This document shows positions 10,092 to 19,823 of a stretch of DNA of 64,000 nt, one piece after another. This DNA comes from an uncultured Acidobacteriota bacterium (GTDB taxonomy: Bacteria > Acidobacteriota > UBA6911). The DNA is taken from NCBI GenBank assembly GCA_963809485.1, contig CAWEJX010000016.1, positions 64,001 through 128,000 of the forward strand, written 5' to 3'. Below the pieces are notes generated by a model, which saw nothing but the letters and a program-made list of their open reading frames with translations, was not told the origin of the DNA and searched no databases. Each line of letters starts with the position of its first letter. Positions within the stretch are counted from its first letter, which is position 1. Position numbers and translations under genes: made by a program.

Positions 10092-10907
10092 TTAGTTTCC
10101 GCCGGTCAAACCGCCCAACTTTTTCGGCTTCTTGGCTTCCTCTTCCTGAGCCTTCAGCTTGAGGGCAAGAGCCTTTTGGGATACGAGGTCCGCCTGGCGA
10201 ATGAGTTCAGCCTTTTTCGCTTCATCCTTTTCGAATTTGGCTTTCTCTCTCCAGAGCAGGTTCTGGTACTCCATAGCGTCGAAATAGTTTGGGCGAATCT
10301 CCAGGGCCTTGTTGAGAGCAGTCAGCGCTTCGTCGATGTTGGCCTGGGTCCCGGCCTTTTCTTCGGGGCTCATGAACTCGACATTCTCCCCCTGGACGCC
10401 GGTTTTCTCCAGAGCATCGTCAAAGTCTATTACTGCAATCCGGTAATAGGCTTCTGCATTCTGTGGGTCAACTTTCAGCACTTTGTTGCACCACTCTTTG
10501 GATTCATTATACTTCTTCAGCTGATAATACAGGCTGGCTATACTCAGCATGGCATTTCTGTTCGGATTGGCCGGATCCTTGGCCCCCTCCACCACCTGCT
10601 TGAAGGTTTCGATGCCTTTGCTCGCCATTTCTTCGCTCTTGGGATCGGTAGAACCAGGAACGAATTGGGACGTGTAAGCCGTGGCCAGATACATGCGAGC
10701 GACTTCAAAATCCGGATCCTGTTGAATTGATTTCTCAAAAAATTGCGCGGCCGCATCATACTTCTGTTCGGTGAACGCCTTAACCCCTTTATTCAGGTTG
10801 TCACGAGCGCGCAGCTTTTGAACGAAGTTGCAGCCGGACAGGGGTATGACCGCCAGAAGAAGTAAGACGGCTAGCCACTTGTTATTGACCCTCATTGTGG
10901 CCTCCAA
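10092..10907 (-). CDS. TPR-repeat lipoprotein of the TonB/Exb operon
   Basis: Lipobox LSGC, TPR-like helical repeats. Confidence 0.8.
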   Translation of the reverse strand: MEATMRVNNKWLAVLLLLAVIPLSGCNFVQKLRARDNLNKGVKAFTEQKYDAAAQFFEKSIQQDPDFEVARMYLATAYTSQFVPGSTDPKSEEMASKGIETFKQVVEGAKDPANPNRNAMLSIASLYYQLKKYNESKEWCNKVLKVDPQNAEAYYRIAVIDFDDALEKTGVQGENVEFMSPEEKAGTQANIDEALTALNKALEIRPNYFDAMEYQNLLWREKAKFEKDEAKKAELIRQADLVSQKALALKLKAQEEEAKKPKKLGGLTGGN

Positions 10908-10941
10908 ACTATTAGTTGAACTAGGTGCGAGTCCGAGGTTC

Positions 10942-11355
10942 CTAACGGATCTCTTCCGTTAACAGACCGATATCTCCCACGCCCGCCCCTTTGGCAATGT
11001 CGATAACCTTGACCACGTCGCCGTAGGGCAGCTTGGCACTGGCGCTGACGAACATGTTTTTATTTGCCCGAGCGCTATAAATCTCCTGAAGCTTCGATCC
11101 CAGGTTTCCGATGCTCGTCTGCTCCTGATTGATCGCTATCTGTGCGGATTCGCTGATGGAGACGACGATGACATTCGGATCGGGCGTTGCGTTCTCTACA
11201 TCCTGAGAAGTCTGCGGCACTTTGACATCCAAGTCCATCTGGCGTACAGGAGTGATGACCATGAAGATGATGAGGAGCACCAGAAGGATATCAATGTACG
11301 GGGTGATGTTGATATCCGCAATGGAACCCTTCTTTTTGCCGACATTCATTGACAT
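10942..11355 (-). CDS. exbD: Biopolymer transporter ExbD/TolR
   Basis: INITPYIDILLVLLIIFM, PYGDVVKVID. Confidence 0.9.
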   Translation of the reverse strand: MSMNVGKKKGSIADINITPYIDILLVLLIIFMVITPVRQMDLDVKVPQTSQDVENATPDPNVIVVSISESAQIAINQEQTSIGNLGSKLQEIYSARANKNMFVSASAKLPYGDVVKVIDIAKGAGVGDIGLLTEEIR

Positions 11356-11647
11356 AATAAATTCCCTTTCTTTCCGTGCGACGCTGGGGTAGGGCTTGCG
11401 ACCATATCCCAGGCTCAGCCGTCAAAACCGTTATTTCTGCGGGCATGAGGGCGGATCATCAGGAACAACCCGCCCTTCATCCACACGGCCTTGGGTGATC
11501 GCCGTGCCGTGTCCCAATCAACCGGATCCCGGCTGCTTGAACAGCCGCCAAGACGTCCGCATGGCTTCCGTTCGGCGGAGCAGTAGGGTCCTGACTATGC
11601 TGATACCCTGGCGGACAACCCTGACGGGATTCAAGGCTGTCCCCAAT

Positions 11648-12070
11648 CTATTCCTTTTCCTTCTCAGCCATCAAGCCGATACGTTCTACGCCCGACCTCC
11701 GGCAGCCGTTAACGACTTCCACAACACGGCCATAGGCCAATGAGGTGTCCGCCTTCAGGAAGATGGTCCTGTTGATCTCTCCGCCAGAAAACTTCTGCAA
11801 CAGGAAATCATAGAGATCCTGATCTACAATCTGTTTTTTGGCCAGAAAGAGCTTCCCCTCCCGGTTCAAGGCGACAACTACAGCTTCTTTGCTGTCTGCT
11901 TCCGGCGCATCCAGCGGATTTTTCGCCTTGGGGAGGTTCACGGTGATACCGCTCTGCAAAAGGGGCGTGGTAATCATGAAGATGATCAGCAACACGAGCA
12001 TGACATCGGCCATCGGCGTGACGTTGATGTCCGCAACGACGTTGCTTTTCCCTAATCCTCGCTTAGCCAC
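11648..12070 (-). CDS. exbD: Biopolymer transporter ExbD/TolR
   Basis: INVTPMADVMLVLLIIFM, FLKAD..YG. Confidence 0.9.
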   Translation of the reverse strand: MAKRGLGKSNVVADINVTPMADVMLVLLIIFMITTPLLQSGITVNLPKAKNPLDAPEADSKEAVVVALNREGKLFLAKKQIVDQDLYDFLLQKFSGGEINRTIFLKADTSLAYGRVVEVVNGCRRSGVERIGLMAEKEKE

Positions 12071-12743
12071 GGTTATCGCTCCGTCTCTTTATGAAGTAAT
12101 CAATCAGCTCCGAAGAAGAGTTGTCCATTTCCACGGTGAAGGTTTCGATTTTGTTTGTGAAAATGTTGAACATCCACACGGCCGGAACGGCGACGAACAG
12201 ACCGAAGGCCGTCGTAACCAGCGCTTCTGCAATACCGCCGGCGACTGCCGCGATGCCCGCCGTCTCTTCGGTCTTCATCCCCTGGAACGCGTTGATGATA
12301 CCGATGGTCGTACCGAACAGCCCTACAAAGGGAGCCGTAGAACCGATGGTGGCCAGGCTGCTGAGGCCCCTCTTCAGATCCTCGATGCTGATGGCAGTGG
12401 CTCTTTCAAGCGCGCGCCGCGAAGCTTCTATCATCTCGCCGGGGATTTCTTTGCTCTTTGTGTGCGCCTGGAGTTCCTGCAGGCCCGATGTGAGCACCTT
12501 CGCCAGGTGGCTCTTGTTGTACTGTTCACCCAGCGCAATCGCCTCGTCAATCTTCCCGTCCTTCAGGCATTCGGCTACCGCAGGAGTAAAAAGCCGGGAC
12601 TGTTTGCGGGCTTGACGATAGGTGAGCCACCTTTCAATCATCACGCTAATTGAGTAGGCCGACATGATTGCCAGGATGACAACGACACCCTTGGCGATCC
12701 CGCCCATTGAATTCCATAGTTCTACGATATTGATTTGTCCCAT
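12063..12743 (-). CDS. exbB: MotA/TolQ/ExbB proton channel
   Basis: APFVGLFGT, GGIAEALVTTAFGLFVAVPA. Confidence 0.9.
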   Translation of the reverse strand: MGQINIVELWNSMGGIAKGVVVILAIMSAYSISVMIERWLTYRQARKQSRLFTPAVAECLKDGKIDEAIALGEQYNKSHLAKVLTSGLQELQAHTKSKEIPGEMIEASRRALERATAISIEDLKRGLSSLATIGSTAPFVGLFGTTIGIINAFQGMKTEETAGIAAVAGGIAEALVTTAFGLFVAVPAVWMFNIFTNKIETFTVEMDNSSSELIDYFIKRRSDNRG

Positions 12744-12776
12744 CGAATTTCTAACCTCCGATTGATATTTGGGAAA

Positions 12777-13529
12777 CTATTTCAAGTTAAAGATTACAGT
12801 CACGGTAGCGATCACCGGTACCGGCTCTCCGTTCAACAATGTCGGAGAGTATTTCCACTGTCTGACGGCGGAGAGTGCCGCCTCATCCAGAAGAGGATGA
12901 CCGCTTGTAACGCGAATATCAGCAACATTGCCTTCTTCATCAACAGTCACAACGAGAACGACCTTTCCCTGGACTCGCGCGCGTTTCGCCAGTTCAGGAT
13001 ACGACGGTTCGACTCTCCGGATAAGCTTGGATTCCTGCACATTGCCGCCCACCCTTATCGGTTCACGCTTCACCGGCTTCGGTGGCGGGGGCGGCGCTAC
13101 CGGTGCAACGTTTGAAAGTAGTCCTCCGACAACTCCACCGGGTACACCTCCAGCGCCTCCACCCGCAACGCCTCCCGGGATGCCGCCCACGATGTTGCTC
13201 ACTCCGATTACCGGAGCTTCATCAACGGGCGGGGGGATCTCCTTGGGGATTTCAGTGGGCGCCACAAACTGGTTCGGGTCGACAACCGAAGCCTTGGGCT
13301 GTGTCTGAACGTTTGTTGGCGGCGGCGGCGGCGGTGGCGGCGGCGGGGGCGGCGGCGGCGGAGCGATCAGGAATGTCAGTAGCTCGCTCTCCGGCAACAC
13401 ATTAAAAAACACGAGCGGCACGATCACCACAGTGATGATCAGCACGACGTGTATTATGATCGAAACGACCAAGCCGATCAGCCGCTTGACCAGATCCGAT
13501 TTGCCTATTTCCTGTACGTCTTCAAACAT
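12777..13529 (-). CDS. tonB: Energy transducer TonB
   Basis: SxxxH transmembrane motif, poly-Pro, PSYPELAKRARVQG, VRQWKYSP. Confidence 0.92.
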   Translation of the reverse strand: MFEDVQEIGKSDLVKRLIGLVVSIIIHVVLIITVVIVPLVFFNVLPESELLTFLIAPPPPPPPPPPPPPPPTNVQTQPKASVVDPNQFVAPTEIPKEIPPPVDEAPVIGVSNIVGGIPGGVAGGGAGGVPGGVVGGLLSNVAPVAPPPPPKPVKREPIRVGGNVQESKLIRRVEPSYPELAKRARVQGKVVLVVTVDEEGNVADIRVTSGHPLLDEAALSAVRQWKYSPTLLNGEPVPVIATVTVIFNLK

Positions 13530-13713
13530 GTGTCCCCCTCGTAAACTGCCCGTGGGCCTTATAAATCGGCTGAGCTTTGCTGCGGTGCCATTTTTTTAGG
13601 CCCCGATCTTAATATCGCGTCCAAAAAACTGTCAAGAAATATTTCGCCTGCATTTCAGTGATTTTCATAACTTTTTGGCTATTCACACATGAAATGCTTT
13701 CATTGCATGAAAA

Positions 13714-14913
13714 CTAGGCGCTTTTGCGTTTCGGCTTCTGCTCAACCGAGCGATACCACCACTCCACAACCGTGGAGGCCAGCGCGATGGTGGAATATGA
13801 GCCAAGGATGATCCCGACGGTCAGCGCGAACGAGAATCCATTGAGCACCTCTCCGCCGAATAGGAACAGCGACAAAACGGCCAGAAAAGTAAAGCCCGAG
13901 GTCATGATGGTGCGCGAGAGCGTCTGGTTTATGCTGAGGTTCAGAACCTGGAAGAGCGACTCCTTGCGCATCAGCCTGAGATTTTCTCGAACCCTGTCGA
14001 ATATGACAATCGTGTCGTTTACCGAATATCCCACAAGGGTCAATAACGCAGCGATCACCGTCAGTGATATTTCCTTCTGAGTTAGAGCGAACAGCCCGAG
14101 CGTGATCAACACGTCATGAAACAGCGCCAGAATGGCGGCAACGCCATAAATCGGCTTGAAACGGAAGCCGATGTACACGAGCATCGCCAGGAATGAAAGC
14201 CCTACCGCCAGCGTTGCCCTCCGCCTCAAGTCCGAGCCCACAATCGCGCCAATGCTTTCCAGACCTTTAACGGCAAAGGGCCCGGCGTAGTAGTTCTTTT
14301 TCAGGCCCTCGACTGCGACAGCGGAAACACCCGATGCGCCCTTGAGTTCATCCAGAGAGTTCACCAGCCCTTCGCGGTCCTTGTTGCGGTAATCCAGCAT
14401 GGACTGGGCCAGCGTCCTGTAATGGCCGTCGATTTCCTGGGTGGTCTTGTTCTGGCTCTTCATATTGTCGGGATCGGCACTCAGAAGGTATTTGTTCAGG
14501 GTATCCAGTCCCACGTTGTTGAAATCGACCAGCGGGCTGCCGACGTGTTCGGGATCAAACGACTTGCGCAGCTGGGCCACCAGCTGATCCTGGCTCGAGG
14601 CCATGTCATCCTGCTCGGCGCCGAGGGCTGTCTGCATGCGCACTTGAACAGTGTTCTTGCCCGGGAGATCGTACCGCTGGATCGTAGGCGGCGTCACGGA
14701 TGACGATTTCAGCGAATCCCGTATGCGATCCAGGTTCGGTGTCTGGTTGAACTTGATGTTGATAATGGTTCCGCCCGTGAAGTCAATCCCGAAGGCGAAA
14801 CCGCCGCGCAGGAAGTAGGCAGCTACGCCGATCAGCAAAAGGGCGACAGATATGGAAAGAAACCACCATTTCTTTCCCAGCCAGTTGATTGAAGTCTGCT
14901 TAAAGAGTTCCAC
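13714..14913 (-). CDS. secF: Protein translocase subunit SecF (with periplasmic insertion)
   Basis: GIDFTGG, GYSVNDTIVIFDRVREN, TLSRT. Confidence 0.96.
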   Translation of the reverse strand: MELFKQTSINWLGKKWWFLSISVALLLIGVAAYFLRGGFAFGIDFTGGTIINIKFNQTPNLDRIRDSLKSSSVTPPTIQRYDLPGKNTVQVRMQTALGAEQDDMASSQDQLVAQLRKSFDPEHVGSPLVDFNNVGLDTLNKYLLSADPDNMKSQNKTTQEIDGHYRTLAQSMLDYRNKDREGLVNSLDELKGASGVSAVAVEGLKKNYYAGPFAVKGLESIGAIVGSDLRRRATLAVGLSFLAMLVYIGFRFKPIYGVAAILALFHDVLITLGLFALTQKEISLTVIAALLTLVGYSVNDTIVIFDRVRENLRLMRKESLFQVLNLSINQTLSRTIMTSGFTFLAVLSLFLFGGEVLNGFSFALTVGIILGSYSTIALASTVVEWWYRSVEQKPKRKSA

Positions 14914-14988
14914 AAACTATCCCTCGGATGACCTTACTGGTATTCGCCGGACATATGGACACCGTCCGGCACCCCAAAGTTCCTCTAT

Positions 14989-16599
14989 CTAGATTGATAA
15001 AGCCTCGACCCGCCGGCTTCCCAGCACCCAGTCAAAAAGACGGTGCGAAAAATAAATTGCCGTAAACATATTGGCCAGCAGTCCCACGGTAAGGGTCACG
15101 GCGAAGCCTCGTATCGGTCCGGTCCCGAACTGGAACAAGAAAACCGCCGCGATCAGTGTGGTGACGTTCGAGTCGAAAATGGTCCAGAAGACCTTGCTGA
15201 AAGCCGAATCGATGGCAGCCCTTACAGTCTTGCCGGCTCTCAGCTCCTCGCGGATTCTTTCAAAAATGAGGATATTGGCATCCACGGCCATGCCGATCGT
15301 CAGGATGATTCCCGCGATGCCCGGCAACGTCAGCGTTGCCCTGATCGATCCCATGAATCCCATCAGGATGATCAGGTTTGCCACCAGGCAGATGATGGCG
15401 TTCACAGCGGACTGTTTGTAATAAATGAGCATGCCGATCACGATCAGGCCGAACCCGATCAGGGAAGCATAGATCCCGGATTTGATCGAGTCGTTGCCCA
15501 GCGATGCGCCGACGCTGCGCTCCGATAGGACACGGAGGGAGGCAGGAAGGGCGCCTGAACGCAACAGCAGGGCAAGGTCCTCCGCCTGCTGTACCGTGAA
15601 CCGCCCGTGGATAATGCCTTCGGCCCCGATGCGCTCGTTGATGACGGGAGCCGAACTCACGACATTGTCCAGCACAATCGCGAGCTGTTCTCCCACGTGC
15701 TGCTCTGTAGCCCGCGAAAAAAGCTCGGCGCCATCGGCAGTTAAAAAGAACGACACCGCCGGCCCGCCGTTGGAATCGGTGCCCCGGCGCGCTGTTTTCA
15801 AGTCCTTCCCGGTAATTACGGGGATTTTGCTGACCACCAGGTATTCCAGCTGGCTCTGATCGCCCCGGTCTTCCCGGTAGGGCAGAATCTCATATTCTTC
15901 CGGCAGGTTGCCGCCGAGCGCCTCCAGGGCAGACTCGATACTGGAAAAGGGGCCTCGTTTATCCTTATTTACCAGACGGAGCTCCAGCTGGGCCGTGTTT
16001 GCAATCAGGCTCTTGATCCGGTCGGGATCGTCGATTCCCGGAAGCTCCACAATAATCTGGTCCTGAATGTCCTGCCCGCTTCCGCCATAAATCTGAAGAG
16101 TGGGTTCCGTAACGCCCAGCGCATCCACACGCCGCCGGATGGTCTCCAGCGCCTGCCGCACCGTTGATTCCCGCATCTCCCGGGTATAGGTTCCCATGAG
16201 CGAGAGGCTATAATTCGTACTCTCGCCCACCACCGTGCTGCGCACATCATATTTCCGGGCGAAAGCCGTCTCAAAGTAAGCGCGGGCTTCATTGCTCCTG
16301 GCCGGGTCCACGCCCGCAACTTCCACGGAATAACCGTTGCCCTTCTTGGAGGTTTCGAAGGCTATATTCTTCGACTTGAGTTCCTGGGAGATCCGGTCCG
16401 CATCCTGGACAAGCTCCTGATTCAAAGCATCGTCTGTGACAACCTGCAATACAAGATGAATGCCCCCCTTGAGATCCAGCCCCAGGTTGAGCCTGGACAT
16501 CCAGGGCGCTCCCTTGGCTCTGGGACTGATCCAGTAAAAGAGGCAGACTGCCAGAAAGGCAAAGATGAGGATGAGCTTCCACCGCAAGTTCTTCTGCAT
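14989..16599 (-). CDS. secD: Protein translocase subunit SecD
   Basis: LGLDLKGG, GMAVDANILIFERIREE, GTGPIRGFA. Confidence 0.97.
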   Translation of the reverse strand: MQKNLRWKLILIFAFLAVCLFYWISPRAKGAPWMSRLNLGLDLKGGIHLVLQVVTDDALNQELVQDADRISQELKSKNIAFETSKKGNGYSVEVAGVDPARSNEARAYFETAFARKYDVRSTVVGESTNYSLSLMGTYTREMRESTVRQALETIRRRVDALGVTEPTLQIYGGSGQDIQDQIIVELPGIDDPDRIKSLIANTAQLELRLVNKDKRGPFSSIESALEALGGNLPEEYEILPYREDRGDQSQLEYLVVSKIPVITGKDLKTARRGTDSNGGPAVSFFLTADGAELFSRATEQHVGEQLAIVLDNVVSSAPVINERIGAEGIIHGRFTVQQAEDLALLLRSGALPASLRVLSERSVGASLGNDSIKSGIYASLIGFGLIVIGMLIYYKQSAVNAIICLVANLIILMGFMGSIRATLTLPGIAGIILTIGMAVDANILIFERIREELRAGKTVRAAIDSAFSKVFWTIFDSNVTTLIAAVFLFQFGTGPIRGFAVTLTVGLLANMFTAIYFSHRLFDWVLGSRRVEALSI

Positions 16600-16665
16600 A
16601 AGCCACCTGCACGGTTATTTGCGCTATTGCGTTAATCATCGCGTTAATAATGGTTCCTGGCCGAA

Positions 16666-16740
16666 ACAGGAAGCCAGAAACCGAAAGCTACCAGGCGCCT
16701 CAGCGCCCTTTTCAAATGGTTTCCGGCTTCTGGCTTTTCC
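16666..16740. repeat. Inverted ~7-mer repeats (AAGCCAG/AAACCGA vs GGTTTCC/GGCTTCT)
   Basis: Visible in the yajC-secD spacer. Confidence 0.55.
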
Positions 16741-16742
16741 AA

Positions 16743-17054
16743 TCACTGCTGAGGTTCTTCAGGTCCCTGCAATCCTGCAACGGCGCTTTTGGAAATTTCT
16801 ATCTTGACCTGATCGGCGATCTTGACGATGAACGTCCTGTCCTTTACGCCGGCAATAACGCCGTAAATCCCCGAGCTGGTAATAACCCTGTCGCCATTCT
16901 TGAGGGCGGCAATCATAGCCTCCACCTTTTTCTGCTTTTTTCGCATAGGCATGAAGATCAGGAGGTAAAAGATGACGCCGATGATCACAATGGGCGCAAA
17001 TTGGAGCAACAGGTCGGGAGATGCAGCCTGCATTATAAACGTGGGCTGTTCCAT
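16743..17054 (-). CDS. yajC: Preprotein translocase subunit YajC
   Basis: FYLLIFMP..LKNGDRVITSSGIYG; tgt-yajC-secD synteny. Confidence 0.95.
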   Translation of the reverse strand: MEQPTFIMQAASPDLLLQFAPIVIIGVIFYLLIFMPMRKKQKKVEAMIAALKNGDRVITSSGIYGVIAGVKDRTFIVKIADQVKIEISKSAVAGLQGPEEPQQ

Positions 17055-17153
17055 TTAGGTTTCAGTACCCTTTTCTGTCCCTTGGTTCATTCAGGGGGAA
17101 AACATCACACAGGGTTGGACATACAAACTTGTCACCAGGTGAAGACCGGGAGA

Positions 17154-18281
17154 TCAGCCGCTTCCCTTCTCCACTTGTTCATACAATTTGCCAAAATTAT
17201 CAAGCTCGATAGCGTCTCTTATTTTGCGCATCATGTCAAGATAAAAGGTCAGGTTGTGTAGCGTGTTATAGACAGCCGAAAGGTGTTCTCCCGAAAGAAA
17301 AAGATGCCTCAGGTAGGCCCGGGAATATTTTTTGCATATCCTGCAGGAACAGTTGGGATCCGGCGGATCCTGGTCTTCGGCATAGATTGAATTTTTGATC
17401 AGCAGACGCCCCTGACTGGTAAACAGGCACCCGTTGCGGGCATTGCGCGTCGGCAGGACGCAGTCGAACATATCAATCCCCATCGCAACACTCCGGATCA
17501 GGTCTTCGGGCGTCCCTACACCCATAAGGTAGCGCGGCCGGTCCCAGGGCAAGAGAGGGGCAGTCGCATCGACGATCTCATGCATCAGGTCCTTGGGTTC
17601 GCCGACGCTCAATCCGCCTATGGCCAAACCGGGAAAATCAAGATCCAGAAGGGCTTCCACTGAGCGTTTTCTCAGCTCAGGGTAGACGCCGCCCTGGACG
17701 ATGCCGAAAAGTCCCCTGCTTCCGTCTTCCGTTTTGCGCCACTGTTCCCGGCACTTTTGCGCCCATCGCATCGACCGCTCCATGGAGGCCTCGGCGTCCA
17801 CATACCCGCAAGGGTAAGGGGTGCAGTCGTCGAAAACCATGGCTATGTCGGATCCAAGTGCGCGCTGAATATCGATAACCGATTCCGGGGTGAAGAAATT
17901 GCTGCTGCCGTCGATGTGAGACCGGAACTGAACCCCTTCTTCGCGAATGCTGCGAAGCTCGCGATGGCTAAAAACCTGATAACCGCCGCTGTCCGTTAGA
18001 ATTGCACCGTTCCAGGACATGAATTTATGCAGCCCGCCAAGCCTTTCAATCCTTTCATGACCCGGGCGCAAGTATAAATGATACGTATTTGCCAAAATGA
18101 TCCGGGCATCGAGCCCCTCAAGGAATTCGCCCGGCATAGCCTTGACTGCGCCTGCCGTGCCCACCGGCATGAAAACAGGCGTGGCGACATCCCCATGCGC
18201 CGTGTGGATCACACCCCGCCTCGCGCCGGTCCCGGAATCCCTGTGAAGAACCTCAAAACCGAATTTTGACGCCATCACCAT
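17154..18281 (-). CDS. tgt: tRNA-guanine transglycosylase
   Basis: TPVFMPVGT, DSGGYQ, DMFDCVLPTR, CSCRIC Zn site. Confidence 0.97.
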   Translation of the reverse strand: MVMASKFGFEVLHRDSGTGARRGVIHTAHGDVATPVFMPVGTAGAVKAMPGEFLEGLDARIILANTYHLYLRPGHERIERLGGLHKFMSWNGAILTDSGGYQVFSHRELRSIREEGVQFRSHIDGSSNFFTPESVIDIQRALGSDIAMVFDDCTPYPCGYVDAEASMERSMRWAQKCREQWRKTEDGSRGLFGIVQGGVYPELRKRSVEALLDLDFPGLAIGGLSVGEPKDLMHEIVDATAPLLPWDRPRYLMGVGTPEDLIRSVAMGIDMFDCVLPTRNARNGCLFTSQGRLLIKNSIYAEDQDPPDPNCSCRICKKYSRAYLRHLFLSGEHLSAVYNTLHNLTFYLDMMRKIRDAIELDNFGKLYEQVEKGSG

Positions 18282-18343
18282 CCTTCATTACGGTGCCGAA
18301 GCAAGATACCGACGATAGGCGCGAGATGCAAGGCGTACGGCAC

Positions 18344-18385
18344 CAACGTTGCACGTTGAACGTTCAAACGTTTCAACGTTCAACG
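18344..18385. repeat. Tandem AACGTT-core repeats (7-8 nt period)
   Basis: CAACGTTGCACGTTGAACGTTCAAACGTTTCAACGTTCAACG; same family at 24131-24194. Confidence 0.75.
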
Positions 18386-18389
18386 GTTT

Positions 18390-19403
18390 TCAGTTGACGG
18401 CGGCTTGTCCGGAAAGCTGGAGATGGTAGATGGAATTGCTGCTGGCAAGATACATGCTCTCCCCGGCCACTGCGAGACCGGCCATAACAGGAGCAGCCAC
18501 GCAATGCTGCATCGAGCCGCTTCGCGGCGAATATCTGAAGATCCCCTTTTTGCCCATGAAGGCCGCGGCAACCAGCAAATCTCCATCAGGGAGAAATGCC
18601 ATCCCCTGAGGCCGGGCCAATCCCTTTACAAGGGTTTCAACCGCCCCGTCGCCGGAAAAACGAAACAGGCCGTCACGCAGGGAAATGGTCGGGCCGGTCA
18701 AATAAAGCCGATCTTCGGAATCCATCGCCAGGTGATAGGCGGAAATGCTGGGCTCCATGCGGGCAAACAGCTCCTTGTTGCCCGAGGCATCGATACGGAA
18801 AATTCGGCCGGTACGGTCGCCCACATACAGCCTCCCCTTCGAATCGAACGCCAGGCCACAGGGTATTCCCAGATCATCCGCCACCACCTCAAGCTGCTCG
18901 TAATCCGTATAGCGCAGGACAGTTCCGTCGCTGCGGCTGGAAATATAAAGCTGGCGCTCCTTTGAGAATGCCAGCCCGGTGGGATTCATGATTTCACAGG
19001 GGAAGGGTATCTTATCTCCGTGCTTTGTCACACGAATCAGGGGCTGCGCCACCTGCTGTCCGCGGCTGCCGCTGATGGTCGTGATGATGGTCCCGTCGGG
19101 CGCCACTACCGGGCTGGCCACCGGATGCAGGTTGGAGGCCAGGCACTTTGCGAGACTGAAAGGAAAAAGCTCCGATAACGCATTCTCAATTTCCAGGACC
19201 AGGCCAAGGCATTTGGGGCTCTCGGGGAGTCTTGCAATGACCTTGCTCTCAGAGGCCGAAACAATAGAGGCGGCAACATCCCCGAAAAGCACCTTGGAAA
19301 ACAAACCGGGAATGAAACCTTTGCATTCCAGGACAATCTCGCCGCCCGGGACTCCCAGGGATGGGTTCGCGCTTACAATTGCAGGTTTTTTCGTCGTTTT
19401 CAT
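18390..19403 (-). CDS. IPT/TIG domain plus beta-propeller (SMP-30/gluconolactonase/NHL-like) protein
   Basis: Ig-like N-terminus, repeated PxGLAF/GxLYV blades. Confidence 0.7.
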   Translation of the reverse strand: MKTTKKPAIVSANPSLGVPGGEIVLECKGFIPGLFSKVLFGDVAASIVSASESKVIARLPESPKCLGLVLEIENALSELFPFSLAKCLASNLHPVASPVVAPDGTIITTISGSRGQQVAQPLIRVTKHGDKIPFPCEIMNPTGLAFSKERQLYISSRSDGTVLRYTDYEQLEVVADDLGIPCGLAFDSKGRLYVGDRTGRIFRIDASGNKELFARMEPSISAYHLAMDSEDRLYLTGPTISLRDGLFRFSGDGAVETLVKGLARPQGMAFLPDGDLLVAAAFMGKKGIFRYSPRSGSMQHCVAAPVMAGLAVAGESMYLASSNSIYHLQLSGQAAVN

Positions 19404-19475
19404 CGCACCGAATTATTGCATCCCGCGATAACCCCATCAATGCCAAAAACACCATGGGTTACGCGGCCATTAAGA

Positions 19476-19722
19476 ATCTTCCGGCAAGAGCTGGAGGCTT
19501 GACGGTTGCCGGCCCCTCAAACAGGCCTGATCGCAATCGATAAGATTAACACCTGTTTCACGCGCAATAAACATCCCTAAGGCTTTTTGAACCGCAGAAT
19601 GTCGAAGTCAGGCCCAACTTCTGCGGTTCGACATCCCATATTCAGCATTCCATATTCGGGAAAGGCCTGCTTCAGTATTGGTCAAACTGAGGCTGCCTCA
19701 CCGGCAGAGCCGGTGGATCTCC
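19476..19722 (-). mobile_element. Family B element, copy B2
   Basis: CTTCCGGCAAGAGCTGGAGG and CACCGGCAGAGCCGGTG hairpins; collinear with B1. Confidence 0.65.
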
Positions 19723-19761
19723 CGTCGGACTGGGCTGCTGTCCGGCTGTCCGGCGGGGCCG

Positions 19762-19790
19762 TTGACAAGGCCGAAGGCCCTCAATATTAT
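19762..19790 (+). promoter_or_regulatory. sigma70-like promoter of uvrA
   Basis: TTGACA-17 nt-TATTAT. Confidence 0.65.
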
Positions 19791-19823
19791 TGCTTGTTTG
19801 CCTGCCTGGAGGAATTCCCCGCT

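Noticed and set aside
11375-11645. SRP RNA or tmRNA
   Set aside because: No SRP domain IV motif (CAGG..GGAA..AGCAG) and no tmRNA tRNA-like ends on either strand.
13318-13362. (GGC)n microsatellite
   Set aside because: Encodes the ordinary TonB poly-proline linker.
19587-19823. Long N-terminal extensions in the ORF track (uvrA; also 4705, 38133, 55911, 56620)
   Set aside because: They run through repeat, promoter or upstream-gene sequence; downstream starts match family N-termini, most with an SD.
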